A stretch of DNA of 64,000 bases. Origin: Octopus vulgaris (taxonomy: Eukaryota). The stretch spans positions 57,412,001-57,476,000 of the forward strand of contig OX597826.1 in assembly GCA_951406725.2 (NCBI GenBank), written 5' to 3'. A program made the position numbers and the translations under genes. The notes beneath the pieces are model-generated. The model worked only from the letters and a program-made list of their open reading frames with translations. It searched no databases and was not told where the DNA came from. The number at the start of each line of letters is the position of its first letter. Within the stretch, counting starts at the first letter, position 1. Positions 24,296 through 38,185 of this stretch are shown one piece after another.

Positions 24296-27200
24296 ATGAA
24301 ATGTACAAAAGTGAAAAGTGGTCTATAGTACATCTAGGAGGACAATAATTCTGGATAAGGATAGACTTGGATTGCAACAATTCATTCAACATGAGCCAGT
24401 ATAAAAAAAGTGAAAGTAAAATGATTTTGAAATTAAAAATGAATCATGAATAATAGTCAGAAATTTAATACACATGCAAATGAGGAAATAAAAGCTTTCT
24501 AAATACAGATGTCTAAATACTGAACAGGATTAAAACTCTTCTAATTCACTGTCTGTCAAAACCTTTCAACAATGTCAACAGATCTGTAGCCCATGGAGAT
24601 TAATCTTGCTTATCTACAGCAAACACATCAAATAAGGCTGAATAGTAAATACTTTTTTCTAAGATTTCATAGATTAAAACTTCATCATAAGAGACTCATT
24701 AAAAAGCAAAACTTCTTTCTATGATTAGATTAAAGGATATGTTCAAACAATTATGAATGTAGTTTTTCACTGAACAAGCAGCAATGACTTCTAAACAATT
24801 CTTATGAGGACATCCCTGAGTTACATGAAGTTCATATAGCAATGACCTCTTTTCATTAACAGGGATGATTGCTTCTATAAAAGTAGAACACAAAAGTTTG
24901 AAAGAGCAAAAACAAACAGGGAACCACTAATCAAGATGTTCAATGTTCCAGTTCTACTTCTAGAATAAAAAGGTTAAATGCAGATAGAGTAAAAAAGAAG
25001 AAACATGCAACTATTTACAATAAAACTGCTCTGGAAAAAATACATAAAAATAATAAACACTAAGAAAGAAACCCAGGAAAAAATCAAGTTTAAACTTTCA
25101 TAAAGTTAAGAAGGAAAGAAATAAAGCAAAAGAAACTAAAACTGAAAATAAAACTCAATGGTGGCAGACAAAATTTTAAAAAAAGGATATAGTATTGTGA
25201 ATGTTAAAACAGTCTAAATATAATACAAAACAATGAAACAAAACACAGCATTCTATTTTAATTCTATATTATCTTTGAAATTTTATGAACTTTGGTATTA
25301 CTAAGTAGCATTTAATTTGTGGAAGAAAAACCAAAATTCTATTATTTTCAGGAATCCTAACTCATAAAAACAGAAAGAGTGAGGGGGTGGATTTCAGGAG
25401 AGAAAAAAAAAAAGTAAACCAGAAAAATTGCATTACATAAAGAAAAATAGAAATAAATGAAAAATCCCTGTAACTCTTCAAATTTTATATTCAAGCAAAA
25501 ATTTACAATTCTAATTCAACTAAAACCTTAATTACAGGTTCAGAAGAGAGAAAGCAAACAAGCTATCGTTTGAATTTAATGTTGTTATAACAAAACAAAA
25601 TAATATAAATTTTTTTTTTTTTATGTTTTGATACTTTTTAAAAAATTTTTTACTGTTTTCAGCAATTTAATTCACTTCATAATTTTAAGTAACAACTAAA
25701 AAAAAGTAGAGCATCAAATAAAAATATATAAATATTAAAAATTCTTTTTTTTTTTTTAGCTCGCCACCTCACTTATTTTGTTCTAGCCTTCTACCCTCTC
25801 TTTCAGCCATACACACATGTGAAAGAATTTTATCACCACCTTTAAATTAAATAGCCAGATTTAGTGTTTGAAGCGCGCATATGCACATACACACACACAC
25901 ACACACAGACACACACACACTAATATTGTTTATTGACCATTACTGTACTATTTAACTGCTTACTGTTGGGTTATATCAAAATCCAGCACCTATGCACTAC
26001 TGCATCAAGTCTATATTTCCAGTAATTATTTTCAAACTACAACAACAATGTCAATGGATAGAAAAGCAATATAAAATTCAAATTAATAATTGGAATTAAA
26101 ATTCATTTCACATGCAATTCTCGGAAAAAAAAGTTTAAATTCATTTGATCAAGGAACTCAATACAACTAGAGATTTAATCAGCTGTAATGACTCTTATAA
26201 CGATTGCCTCAATGAATCTCAAGGCTGGCATGAAATTAAGACTCTAACAGAAAAAGAAGTAAATTACATATTAACTGCCCCATTCTACCACTGCAGGGAG
26301 AATGTATTAAATGCTTTGTTCAGTGCACCAACTATGATGAGAATCGAACTTCTGATCTATGAAGTAAAGATTTATGAAGTAAAGATCTTATCCATGCTGT
26401 GATGGTGTCTCTAAGGTAATAATATATAACTCACTAAAATTGGTGGTTAACACATATAGAATTGCACAAAGAAGAATTCTATAGATATTTTAAGCCTAGG
26501 GTTGGGAAATGAGAGATAAACATGTTTAATATCCTGTGAAATTATTTGAATAAACCTTGCTTGCGTTTCCCAGAGAGGTATCTGTTATGACAATGAAATT
26601 TTAGAGAAAGCCATCTGAGTAATTATTATCCTCAGTATGAATGGAAAATATTTAAATCTGCTCTGTTTGCAGCCATGTATATGAGCTGAATGGCTGTATG
26701 GAAACTATTTCTGAAAATATTCCATACAGACTACTACTGAAAATGATTTTCTAAGAATGTTAAAATACTGTTATCAATGTATTTTTAGAAATAAATCGAA
26801 TGTTAAACATGTTATGTGTGTGCAGCCTTCATTCTGGCAAATAGAAAGAATTCTGATTTTTAAATGAAATAAAGAAATCAATTTCTAAAATAATTTTCAA
26901 AATATAAAAAAGAAAAAGCAAGATCAATTTTAGTTTTCATGCTTATATAGTAAAGCTATGAAAAATCCATCAATTCATTGAAAAGAATTTCATTAATAAA
27001 AATGCATGTTTAGACTTAACATTTAATTAACTTTCAGCTATGTGAATATACTTTCAGTGGGGAAAAAATATTATTTTACAATAATACAATCACATTTGTC
27101 TTCCTTTATTTATGTCTATCTCACTTGATCATGAAGTTTTACCTATGCCTATGAGATATTTGAGAACTGTTTATTGCTTGAAAGTAATCAGACTGTATGA

Positions 27201-29755
27201 AAATATGTGCTAATATGAAGAAAGTTTACTCAACAACAGTTTTTAATTTGCAGTCAGTAACTATTGAAGCAGAACTGACTTAACAATGGCTCAAGGCAGA
27301 TAGAATGCTCCACACAGAAATAACCTAAGCAAAATCTGAACAAAGTACTTAAAGCTCATTGAAATGAACTGAGATCAAGATAAACAGAGAGAATTTGCCA
27401 TTTCACACACACAAATCAAATCTAATAAGTAGCAGTGGAGTGAAACACATTTACAACTTTGTACTACCATCATATTAAAGTACTTATTCTGATCACTTAT
27501 ATCTAACTAAACATCAAGTGCTATACAAGTTTTTAACCTACTCCAGGCTTTCTTAATAGAAGTAACAGGCATGACTTTATGCAACATTAACTTTTGAGAT
27601 CTGGTGGTAAACAAAGCTTACCACTCTAATTGCAAAAGCAATTAACTCATGAACATAAAATACAAAAAAAAAAGAAAAAGAAAAAGAAAAATGCAAAAGT
27701 AATTTAAAATGGTTCTCTACTTTCCTATTTAATTAGTTTTTTTAGGTAATTAAAATTTTAGGTAAACTACCTACTTGTTTTACTGATAAAGGAAAATAAA
27801 TGTCTTCTAATACTAACATGCATACTGAATGTTAATTTTTAACAATTTAGCTTTGCAAAAAGAGAAAAAAAAGCTAGACAATAAATATACATTGACTTGC
27901 TTCCAAGCATAATCCTCTTGAGTTGACTACTCTAAGTAAATAGCATCAAACTAGAGTCCAGTGATTGTTTACCATAGCTACAAGCTAGAATCATAACAAC
28001 TTTATTGAGCATAAATAAAAAGCATCAAAGCATATTGAAGCTAAAGACATTTTATATGTGCTATTAAATATCTAGGACTATAAATTTAACAATGTCGATA
28101 TGAACTGACAAGTTAATTAGTTGTCTGATTCAGCTTTAGGTTTAATATTGATTTCTGTTAATGAGGCACAAGAGGCCTTGAATATTTATAGGAAAAGGTG
28201 AGAAAAAAACAGGATGTTGTGATATTAATGCCTCTTAGCAAAAACGATTCAACTAAGGGTAGAAAACTGGGTTACAGATTTGTTACACTTTTGGCTCACT
28301 TTTGGAGCTCTTAGTAGCTTTAGATTAGAAATTAGTTTAAAGCTGTGCTAGTCAGACTATTAAGATATTTTACTGTTTCTCGCTAGCTACATGATGTTTT
28401 GATTGTTGTATATTCTCTTATCCCCTACAGGCATCCTGCTTTCATACCCTTGATTAAATTCTCAATCTTAATTTCTAACACATTATTTCAATACTTTTAT
28501 CCACTACATATAAGAAATAAAAGTTCTTAGTTCAAGCTAAAACAAAAGATATATCTGTAAGTAGAAAATGACATCTGAAGGCAATCAGAAATTAGACCAA
28601 TCAATACATTGTATTGATAAAAATACAAAAGACTTGATTAACAGTCTGAAAAAAGACACACTACTCCAGTAACAATTCATGCCTCAAAATATAGACACAC
28701 AGACATTTTTTTTCAAGTTACCCTGTTTAAATTTTCCATTTCACTTGCTTGCAATGTTCAATTGTTGTTTTATTTCTTATACGTGTGAATCTTAAATGAA
28801 GCTTCAGATATTTTGCCTTTTAGTTTCTTGCTTTTAGGGAAATTAAAAAAGTAAAGACGAAGAAAATTTAGCTGTTAGATGAAGAATCATAATTTGCTAA
28901 TTGGAAAGTCATGGATACAATAGATCAGAGGATACTTATAACTGGAATGATGTTTAATTTTACAGCAAGAGTTTTAATTGTTCATAGTATATAGTATTGT
29001 TCACTATCAAAGTCAGAATTCAAGTGAAACTAAAGTCATAAATATATACCACATTTCACAGACATTTGGTCAAAGTGATATAGAGCTACAAATACTGAGA
29101 TCAATATTTTCTGATGACAAATTCAAAATATGACGGATTGTCGTTAATATCTACCAAAAATCAAGTTAAGTCTTTCACCTTTCTACACCACAAAAATCTG
29201 GCAACACCCTAATCTTTGGGAAGGGCTTTGAGAAAATAGATGAAAAAGAAATTCTAACATGTTAATTAAGAATAGATGAAATCAAATGAAAGAGATGAAA
29301 CTTTTGTTAATTGCTGTTCACTTTTGCAAATACCTCTGTCTTGATATTTTTTCTTTTAGCTCTGATCAAACAAATCAAAAACCAAAAGCATTCTAGCATT
29401 GACTTGACATTCAAGCATCTTTTCAAGCAATGTATTTCTAGGATTATGTTATCCAAAGAGTCCTTCTCTTTTTAAGATAAGATTTGATGAGAGGGAAATT
29501 TCTCTGTTATTTTTGTCCTATCAGGTCAAACCACCACAAAGAGACTCATTCATTGGTTTGATCACTGCTCCATGCTGTGGTTTGGAAATTTTTCAAACTA
29601 CAAGTTGCACTTGAAAATAAAATGCTTATATTCTAAGTACATTAATAGAAGAAAATTCTTGTGATAAGGTGGGATTAGTACTATATTATCAAAATAAGCT
29701 CAATGAAAATGATAATCTACTTAGTTAAAACAAATAACTGACATATGCCACTGTT

Positions 29756-29790
<35 letters not shown>

Positions 29791-30309
29791 TGATAATGAG
29801 ATTTGGCTGGTATGCAGCAAGTAGGCATTGTCACTAAAGAAACACAGTATGCTGAAATCCCATGATTTATCCAACATATTCCCTTCTCAGATTCACAAAC
29901 TTATTGCAGCAGTCCTTCAGTTTTTCTAAGCCTTGTAAAAAAACTCAAAAGGTTTGGCCTGCAACCAGACCTTTTACAGTACCCTTAAAACATTCCCTCA
30001 CATACATATGTGTGTTTGCATGCACAAGTTTGTGTGCTTGTGCAAATGAGTTTGTATCAGCCTTCATATTCCTGTATGTAAGCAAAAGCCTTACTGTTCA
30101 TGTAGACAGTGTAATTCATTGTGAAAGCAGTCCACTGCAAAATTATGTCTGGGCTTCTTGGCATGTTGCACAATTTTTCTAAATAAAAGGCTCATACAAA
30201 CAGTGTCATTTGTTCTCCAGAAGAGCATTCAGCCACAGAAAATTCTGCCCCAGTGTAGTCTCATCTACAAGCATGGAAAAAGCAGACATTAAGATGATGA
30301 TGATATACA

Positions 30310-30470
30310 TAACCAAATAGCAAAATCTATCTCAAATCACACCTTATTATCTTAGAAAAAGATATGTTGGATAATGTGATTTGGGGTTCCCTATGCATGA
30401 GAAAAAGATGAGATGGTCATGGTTGGAATGTCTTTGACCCAATCAGGGCTGATCTAGGGCAAAACAACAA
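30310..30470 (-). mobile_element. Family E dispersed repeat
   Basis: aaatctatctcaaatcacacc...gatggtcatggttggaatgtctttga...cagggctgatctagggc is the reverse complement of the 44525-44765 copy. Confidence 0.65.
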
Positions 30471-31659
30471 CAGCAACTTAATACACAAGAACATTAAAGC
30501 TACCCATATTTATGAGAAAATCTAAACAGCTCCCAAGGAATGTCAGAACAAAATTTGAGGAAACATTTTCTCTCATGCAAATAAAAACTGTTTTATTTCA
30601 TTCTTTTATTTATATACTTTTTATGTTCATTCTTTTGTTTTCAAAATTTTATATATATATATATATATTACTTTTTCTTTCTTCCTTTCCTTTTAAATCA
30701 AAATATATCTTTCCTGACCAAAAGGTAAAATTATAAGAGGAATAAAAGAAAATAATGCATTTTTAAAGGGTTAACCTGGTAAGTTATTTAAACATCAAGT
30801 ACTGAATGATTTACTGATTTATTGCCAAGCAAAGTGACATTTTGCCGTAACTATAACAGAACCCATTAATTTACTTGAATAACTAAAGATATAACTCTTT
30901 AAAAAAAAAAGTCCAAAAAACAATATTTTCAAATGAATTACTGAAACAATACTGACAAGCTTACATATATTTATACCTAAATACATATATAGACATACAG
31001 AGATGTACATACATGCGTACATACATACAAATAAACACAGTACAGAGTGTGTATTTTTTCAATTGTTTCTTTGTAGAAATAATACATCATGGTCAACAGT
31101 TATTTATTCATGAATCAACTTTTAATAAGTAAATAGAAAAAAAAGCACAACTTGAAGAACCTAAAAAATAAGCTAAAAAACTAAATAATAAAAAAGAAAT
31201 CGATTCTTTGGGTTTTAATATAAACTTGAAGTTCAATTGAAGTCAAATTGAAACAATAAACAATATCAAGAAAAGTGGTGGAAGATAAAAAAAAACATAA
31301 TAAAAACAAAGTTAAAATAAAATTAATGGAGTAAAATTGACAATGAATTGTTCAGTTAGGAGTATATGATTAATCACCAATGAGATTGACTTTCAATATA
31401 ATTATTGGTAGTCAGAGACAGAGAGAGAGAAAGAAAGAGATAGAGAGAAGGAGAAGGAGGAGAGAGAGAGAGAGAGAGGGAGAGAGGACAGTGGCCAGTG
31501 CCACTGGAAAGACATAGTCCAGCATGATGCATAGGATGGAAATAGAGCTAAGTAAAAGACAGAGCCAAGTGTGATATGATATATTATATTAAAAATTAAA
31601 TGCTGTTACCACACAAAAGCCAACACCATACTAAAGGTGAAAGACTGAGTCCAGCTTCA

Positions 31660-33210
31660 TAGCAAAAGCCAAAGTTAGTGCTATGTGAAGGGCAAAGACC
31701 AGTACTATACGGAAAATTAAAAATTGATACCAGTGCAATACAAAATGTGCGAGTCAATGCTACATGAAGGATTGAGGTCAATATCATCCAAAAAGTGCAG
31801 AGACCAATACTAAGCAATGAATGGTAACCAGGTGGGGTTGAGGATAGGGCTATATGAAAGGTGATGACAGATATTTTATGAAGGCTAGTAGCTTGCATTA
31901 TATGAAGGATGGTAAACTGTTAACTGTGATATATGTAGAATCTGGTAGCCATCACTTTATGAAAAGTGGTAGTTTGTGCTGTATGAAGTATGGTAGCCTT
32001 TGAAATACCTATAGTATTTGGAAGGCTCCTTGTTCCAGAAAGAATATAGAGGGTAGTAGCCTGGAGTATATAAAAGGTAGGCAACAGTAGTAGATGGCAG
32101 GTGATAGCCAGTGTAATATGAAAAGTGGTAATCTCCATGGTAGGGAGAGTGGTAATCTGTGGCATATAAACAATTGCAACCTGTAGTATATAAAAGGGTG
32201 TAGCCAATGCTATATGAAATATGGTGGTCAGTGGTATATGAAGAGTAGTAGCCAATACTATATGATGTGCCTGTGGATGATGGCCTGTGGTTATGAGAGG
32301 AGGTAGTCAGTTATATATCAAGAGTAGTATATGTAAGGTGTGATAGCTTGTGCTAACTAAAAGATAGTAGACTATTATATGGAGGGTGGCAGCCTGAAAT
32401 ATATGACGGGTGCTAGTAAGCTCTATATGAAGGATAGCAGTCAGTACTATATGAAGGGTGGTAGCCAATTCTATATGAAGAGTGGAGTCAGTTCTGTAAG
32501 GATAGTAATTTGTGGTATATGAAGGGCAGTAGCCAGTGAGATATGAAGATTAGTATCCAGTGCTATGTGAAGTGTGGTAGTCTGTTCAACATGAAGTTTG
32601 GTAGCCTCTTTTATATTAGGTGTGGTAGCTTGTGGTACTTCAGTGAAATATGAATGGTAGCGTTTGGTGGTATGTGAAGAATGGTAGCAAGTACTATATG
32701 AAGGATGGTAGGCAGTTCTATATGAAAGGCAACATGAAAATATGTGAACGGTGGTAGCCAGTGGTATATAAAGAGTGGTAGCCAGTGGTATAAAAAGAGT
32801 GGTAGCCAGTGCTATATGAGGAGCTGTAACTAATGCTATATGGAGGGTGGATGAAAGGTAAAGTCAACTGCCAAGGTCGACTTTACCTTTCATCCTTTCG
32901 AGGTCGATAAATTAAGTACCAGTTACGCACTGGGGTCGAAGTAATCGACTTAATACCTATGTCTGTCCTTGTTTGTCCCCTCTATGTTTAGCCCCTTGTG
33001 GTTAATAAAGAAATAGGTATTAGCCAAATCTATATGAAATTAGTTCCATATGAAATGAGGTAGCCAGTGTTATATGATGGGCTGTATCCAGTACTATACA
33101 AAAGATGGTAGCTAGTGCTATATTGAAAGTGGGGATTAGTAGTATATGAAAGGTGGTATTCAATGTTGCACAAAGCGAGACAGCCCTAGTACTATATGAA
33201 GGCTGCAGAT
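31660..33210. repeat. Degenerate 24-bp minisatellite (consensus about TATATGAAGGGTGGTAGCCAGTGC)
   Basis: 24-bp period is clearest at 32751-32820 and fades toward both ends. Interrupted by a SINE at 32851-33020. Confidence 0.9.
32851..33020 (+). mobile_element. 5'-truncated family B SINE with 5' fold-back, no TSD
   Basis: Matches 51480-51625. Arms 32849-32868 and 32876-32895 are reverse complements (19/20). The host repeat unit rejoins exactly (gggtgg|tagcca). Confidence 0.9.
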
Positions 33211-34007
33211 CACTCAAAGGTGACTGCTATTGTTCACCAAGGTAATGACAAAAGCTAAAGTCAAACAGTGAAATATGGTCAACAGAAAAAGAAGCATTGT
33301 CGTCAGTAGAGAAAGGAACTTATTAGCTTAAGACAGTTAGGACAAAGTGATAGAAAGTGGGAGACGAAAATAGTGTAGGGGCTAGAACTGAAGTAAAATA
33401 CGAGCCAAAACACTGCCGGAAGTTAGTTATGCATACAACAGAACTGACACAAATAGAGAATTCATTTGCTATGCAAGCTGAAGCAACCACCAGAGCAAAG
33501 TCTATTCAGCCAGCTTGTAAATAAATGTGCAATAAAGATAACATCAAAACTATTAGCAGTCAGATATTGTTACAGGGGAATAAAAATTAATTTTCATAGG
33601 GGAAAATTGGTTAGATATTAAAGATACTAAAGCAAATCTATTCCCCGGGTGACGATGCAGGAACAATTAAGAAAAATTAGCCTTTTCGTCAAGAAAATAG
33701 GCAAGAGAAATCAATAGTGTTGCATGTGGTTACCATTTTTAGTGCAAAGCTCTATTAAAAACAGTAACATTCTGTTTATCTATTCATGAGATTATGAAGA
33801 ACTAATTAGAAATACTTGGAATTAATTAAGTTCTGCAGCAGTTACATGACTTTCTAAAACTGTGTCTGTAGCTTCTTTAAATTGTGTTTTTTAACTTATT
33901 CTGTTATTTTATGAGTTTTTGTTTTATTTTAATTATATTTCTTTAATGTTCTCTTAGTGTTTTATAAATAGATTAAAAATACTATATTTCTACTGTTTAA
34001 TAAAGTA

Positions 34008-34120
34008 ATGTGTATGTGTGTATGTATGTGTATGTATGTATGTATGTATGTATGTATGTATGTATGTATGTATGTATTTACATGTGTATATATGTGTGTG
34101 TATATATACACACACACAGA
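34008..34120. repeat. (ATGT)n/(TG)/(CA) microsatellite
   Basis: Direct reading. Confidence 0.9.
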
Positions 34121-34596
34121 GGCAGAGACAAACAGACATAGATGGATGAAAATGTCAATGTATGTGCACGTGTATGTACATTAGTTTTTGTGTGTACGGA
34201 TATATTTTTTAAGTATACATATGTGCAAATGTCAACATGCCTGAATCTATGAAAGCGATATAGTTTAAATAATATGTTAACCTTTTCATTTTTACTTTTT
34301 TGTGAAGTTCTTGAATGCAGTAAAATAAAGCTATGTGACTCAGCAATTGTAGTTTTTCCTGGCTTGACTGACAGTGTTACACTGAGAAAATGTTATCAGC
34401 TGACACTAACAGCACCCTAGTTGTTGACACTGATGTTATGATTGCAGCAACTGTATAAAAATTTCAAAAAGGCCACCTGGATGAATGCCGTGAACTCATT
34501 AGCCAAATCACTCCAACTTTTTCCCTTTTCTACTGTGACAGCAATGTCTTCTACTCCTTGGAGCTGAGCTGGTTAGTTTAAAGCAATCTCCACAAA

Positions 34597-35024
34597 GGTG
34601 CAGGAGTGGCTGTGTGGTAAGTAGCTTGCTTACCAGCCACATGGTTCCGGGTTCAGTCCCACTGTGTGGCACCTTGGGCAAGTCTCTTCTACTATAGCTT
34701 CGGGCCGACCAAAGCCTCGTGAGTGGATTTGGTAGACGGAAACTGAGAGAAGCCCGTCGTATATATGTGTATATATATATATATGTATGTGTATGCGTGT
34801 GTGTTTGTGTGTCTGTGTTTGTCCCCCTAGCATTGCTTGACAACTGATGCTGGTGTGTTTATGTCCCTGTCACTTAGCGGTTCGGCAAAAGAGACCGATA
34901 GAATAAGTACTGGGCTTACAAAGCATAAGTCCCGGGGTCGAGTTGCTCAATTAAAGGTGGTGCTCCAGTATGGCCGCAGTCAAATGACCGAAACAAGTAA
35001 AAGAGTAAAAAGAGTAAGAGTAAA
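34597..35024 (+). mobile_element. Full-length young family A tRNA-derived SINE
   Basis: A-box-like TGGCTGTGTGG, B-box-like GGTTCAGTCC, central (TA)/(TG) tract and (AAAGAGT)n tail. Near-identical copies at 35487 and 63521. Confidence 0.95.
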
Positions 35025-35486
35025 TAAGCAATAAATTTTACAAAGAAATCTGAATGCTAATGGGTTAAGTTCTGTCAGGCAGAGCAACTGATGATAACCC
35101 TATTTGAATACTCAGATTAGTTTACAAATTAAGTCCCACATATAGCTTAAACTACTCTAATGCTTACAGGTTGAAATTGTTCAAGAATTCGATTTCTAAA
35201 GGTAAGAAAGAGAAGGAACAAAAATATTTCCAATTATATAAATGGAAGGGTGCTGATGAAAAGTAGATAAAACAAATGTAACAAACTCAAAGTGAGATTT
35301 TGAAACAAAGGTTGTATGAAGACAACCTATAAAGGTCAAAGTTAATTAATGGAAATGCACTGTACATGTCAGCCTTGGTAATAATATGCTTCATACTTCT
35401 TGGTCGAACTCTTGAGTTATAAGAATGAGATGTAACAGTAAAAATATTTGCCCCGACTAATGACTAAATTTGCAAATATTGCTAAT

Positions 35487-35899
35487 TCTCTCTTTTTACT
35501 CTTTTACTTGTTTCAGTCATTTGACTGCGGCCATGCTGGAGCACCGCCTTTAGTCGAGCAAATCGACCCTGGGACTTATTCTTTGTAAGCCCAGTACTTA
35601 TTCTATCGGTCTCTTTTGCCGAACCGCTAAGTGACGGGGACGTAAACACACCAGCATCAGTTGTCAAGCAATGCTAGAGGGACAAACACAGACACACAAA
35701 CATATACACACACATACATATATATATACATATATACGACAAGCTTCTTTCAGTTTCCATCTACCAAATCCACTCACAAGGCTTTGGTCAGCCCGAGGCT
35801 ATAGCAGAAGACACTTGCCCAAGATGCCACGCAGTGGGACTGAACCCGGAACCATGTGGTTGGTTAGCAAGCTACTTACCACACAGCCACTCCTGTGCC
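35487..35899 (-). mobile_element. Full-length young family A SINE, inverted relative to 34597-35024
   Basis: Reverse complement of the neighbouring copy; ORFs 34837 (+) and 35482 (-) give almost the same pseudo-peptide. Confidence 0.95.
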
Positions 35900-36829
35900 T
35901 ATGGAAAATTGTAAAACCTTCTTTTAAATAACTGCTTTTGTTTGTAGCGAGACTAGTTGATAAAAACATGTAGATATTAAGAGGGAGGACACATCTGGAG
36001 CTCTTGAAATTTTTGAACATGATAACTTGACAGGAACAAGGACTGATAAGAACAGCAAAATAGTGTAGTATACATCACAGAAGATATTAAATGTTATTTT
36101 GATATGATTTCTAATAAAACTAGATTTTTTAAAAGCAAGACATATAATATCTCCAACATACTTCCATCAGACTAAAGCATATGAATAGAGAAAACAAAGA
36201 TGTATATGAACAGTAGAGAAATTGGAAACTGATAATACCACTGAAATTTTCTTAAATATCTTCAACTCTATATTTTACATCAATGTTTATTAAATTACCA
36301 AACAGGAACAGTAAATATGAAATCAATTTATCCTATTTATTCATCAGCAATAGCAGCATTAACATTTTTACAACTAAGATTCCAGATTAAGATGGATACA
36401 TTTACCCAGTCACTTCTCTCTCTGTTTTGTCTTGGACCAAATTGATTCTTCTACCAATGTTTCTTCTGATTTTATGTTTCCTTCTCTCATTACTCCATCT
36501 ATGATTTAGTTACCTATAACTGACAGCGACTTTAAAGTTTTTTTAATGTTTTAATCAGAGGAAGGAAAGAAACCTCATCACCATCATGGCATTTGCAGAG
36601 CTTCCAGGACAAGTAAGGGTAAGTGAGATACAAACCATAACTCATGGGTTACTACAGGGAAAAACAGTCCAAAAAGATAGTGAGTTTATCTTCAGAATGA
36701 CAAAATCAGGTCCAACCACTCACAGCAAAGTGAATTTTGGTTAAGGGCACCCAAGGAACAGTAGTAGTTCTGAACTCTGCAGTTGACTAAGTCTACCAAG
36801 TAAGAACTTACACAGTCTGATGGGCCCTT

Positions 36830-36930
36830 GCACAGTTTTCATCTACTCAAGTTCACTCACTAATTTTGGGTCAAGCCAAGGCTGTGATAGAAGACACTCA
36901 CTTAAGACACCACACAGTGGGATCAAACCT
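36830..36930 (-). mobile_element. Family A SINE head fragment
   Basis: tagaagacact...caccacacagtgggatcaaacc matches the family A head on the minus strand. Confidence 0.6.
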
Positions 36931-37821
36931 AGAGTGTAATATTTAATTACAGATGAAACAGCTGATTATAATAATCTGCAATCTTTCTAAATCTTTTATT
37001 CCTTTCAACATGTTCATTATAGTTCTATAATTGATTTGCAAGCATTATTTAATACTTGGAATTCAGATCAGCCTTCTTAGCTCCACTTAACCTTATCAGG
37101 TCCCTGTATTTTACCCAGCCCAAATTAATAAAATTATCTGCAAACAATTGAACAGGTTTACACTAATGTTAACAGGTAGGTAAATTGAATAATTAAGACT
37201 GCAATATAATAATTAACTAAAAAGCTCTACAATGAAATCAGATATTCTAAGCAACAACTATCTTGAAAGAAAAATCACTTGTCACCAACAAATTCTTAAA
37301 TGAATTACCAGCTGAAGACAAGTATTATAAAGAATTCATTCAACCTACAAGTCTTTAGTTTTCAAATGAGATCTTGAGTTGAGAGCAGAGAACCAGTGTA
37401 AATAGAACTAATTTAACGTAAGTAATTGCCTTTATCTAATTACTATATGAGATTCTTAGAAATTACCTATTTCCAAAGACAGTTTGGAATAAATTTGTCA
37501 AAGACGGATCTTCAATAGAAAAACAATAAGACAGAGAAAATAAGCGTGTAGTAAAGAATCAAGAAGATAATAGCAGAATGAATTGATATTTTCTATGTTA
37601 GGAATTCAGAACAAAAATCTGAGAACACTTAGCATCATTATGGTTTTATATTCTTATATTGTAAGTTTTATAAGAGGTGCAAAAGAGATCAATATTTGTT
37701 AGTTGATATTTAGTAGTTAACCAGATTATTGATGGTCTTTGATCTTGAATTATATGAAAGTAAATAAATACAAAAATAATATTTTCTATATTATTACAAA
37801 ATAAAAAGTAGATATATATAT

Positions 37822-38185
37822 TCATGGCCATGTAGTTAAGAAGTTCGCTTTACAGTTATGTGATTGTAGGTTTGATCCCTAAATTTAACAGCTCGGGTGA
37901 GTATTCTCATCCAAAGCTTTATGAATGAAATTTAATAGAAATAAATGATGCAGAAATCCATCATTGTACATATATGCAAATGTGTTTACAGTGACATAGA
38001 ATAAATAAAATTAGTGAGTCAAACAAAAAGTCTCATGATATTTAGTTCTATTTATGTCTCTGCTAATAATTTTTTTATGAGATCGATAAAATCCAGACCA
38101 GAAAATTAGCTGAGTCAATATAATTGACTAAAAACCTTGAAGGTGGCACCCTAGAATAGCCACAGTCCAAAGACTAAAATCATTG
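37822..38185 (+). mobile_element. Heavily decayed family A-type SINE
   Basis: catggccatgtagttaagaagttcgcttt head; ccaaagctttatgaatgaaattt body; ggtggcaccctagaatagccacagtc tail. Confidence 0.5.

Noticed and set aside
27725-27770. Plus-strand TTTAG|GTAATT and TTTAG|GTAAAC, also CCCCAG|GTATTG near 58169
   Set aside because: Weak donors, opposite strand to the strong site, and at 27725-27770 nearby competing AGs.
34597-34680. tRNA gene at SINE heads
   Set aside because: A and B boxes are present, but I could not fold a cloverleaf and the sequence continues into the SINE body.
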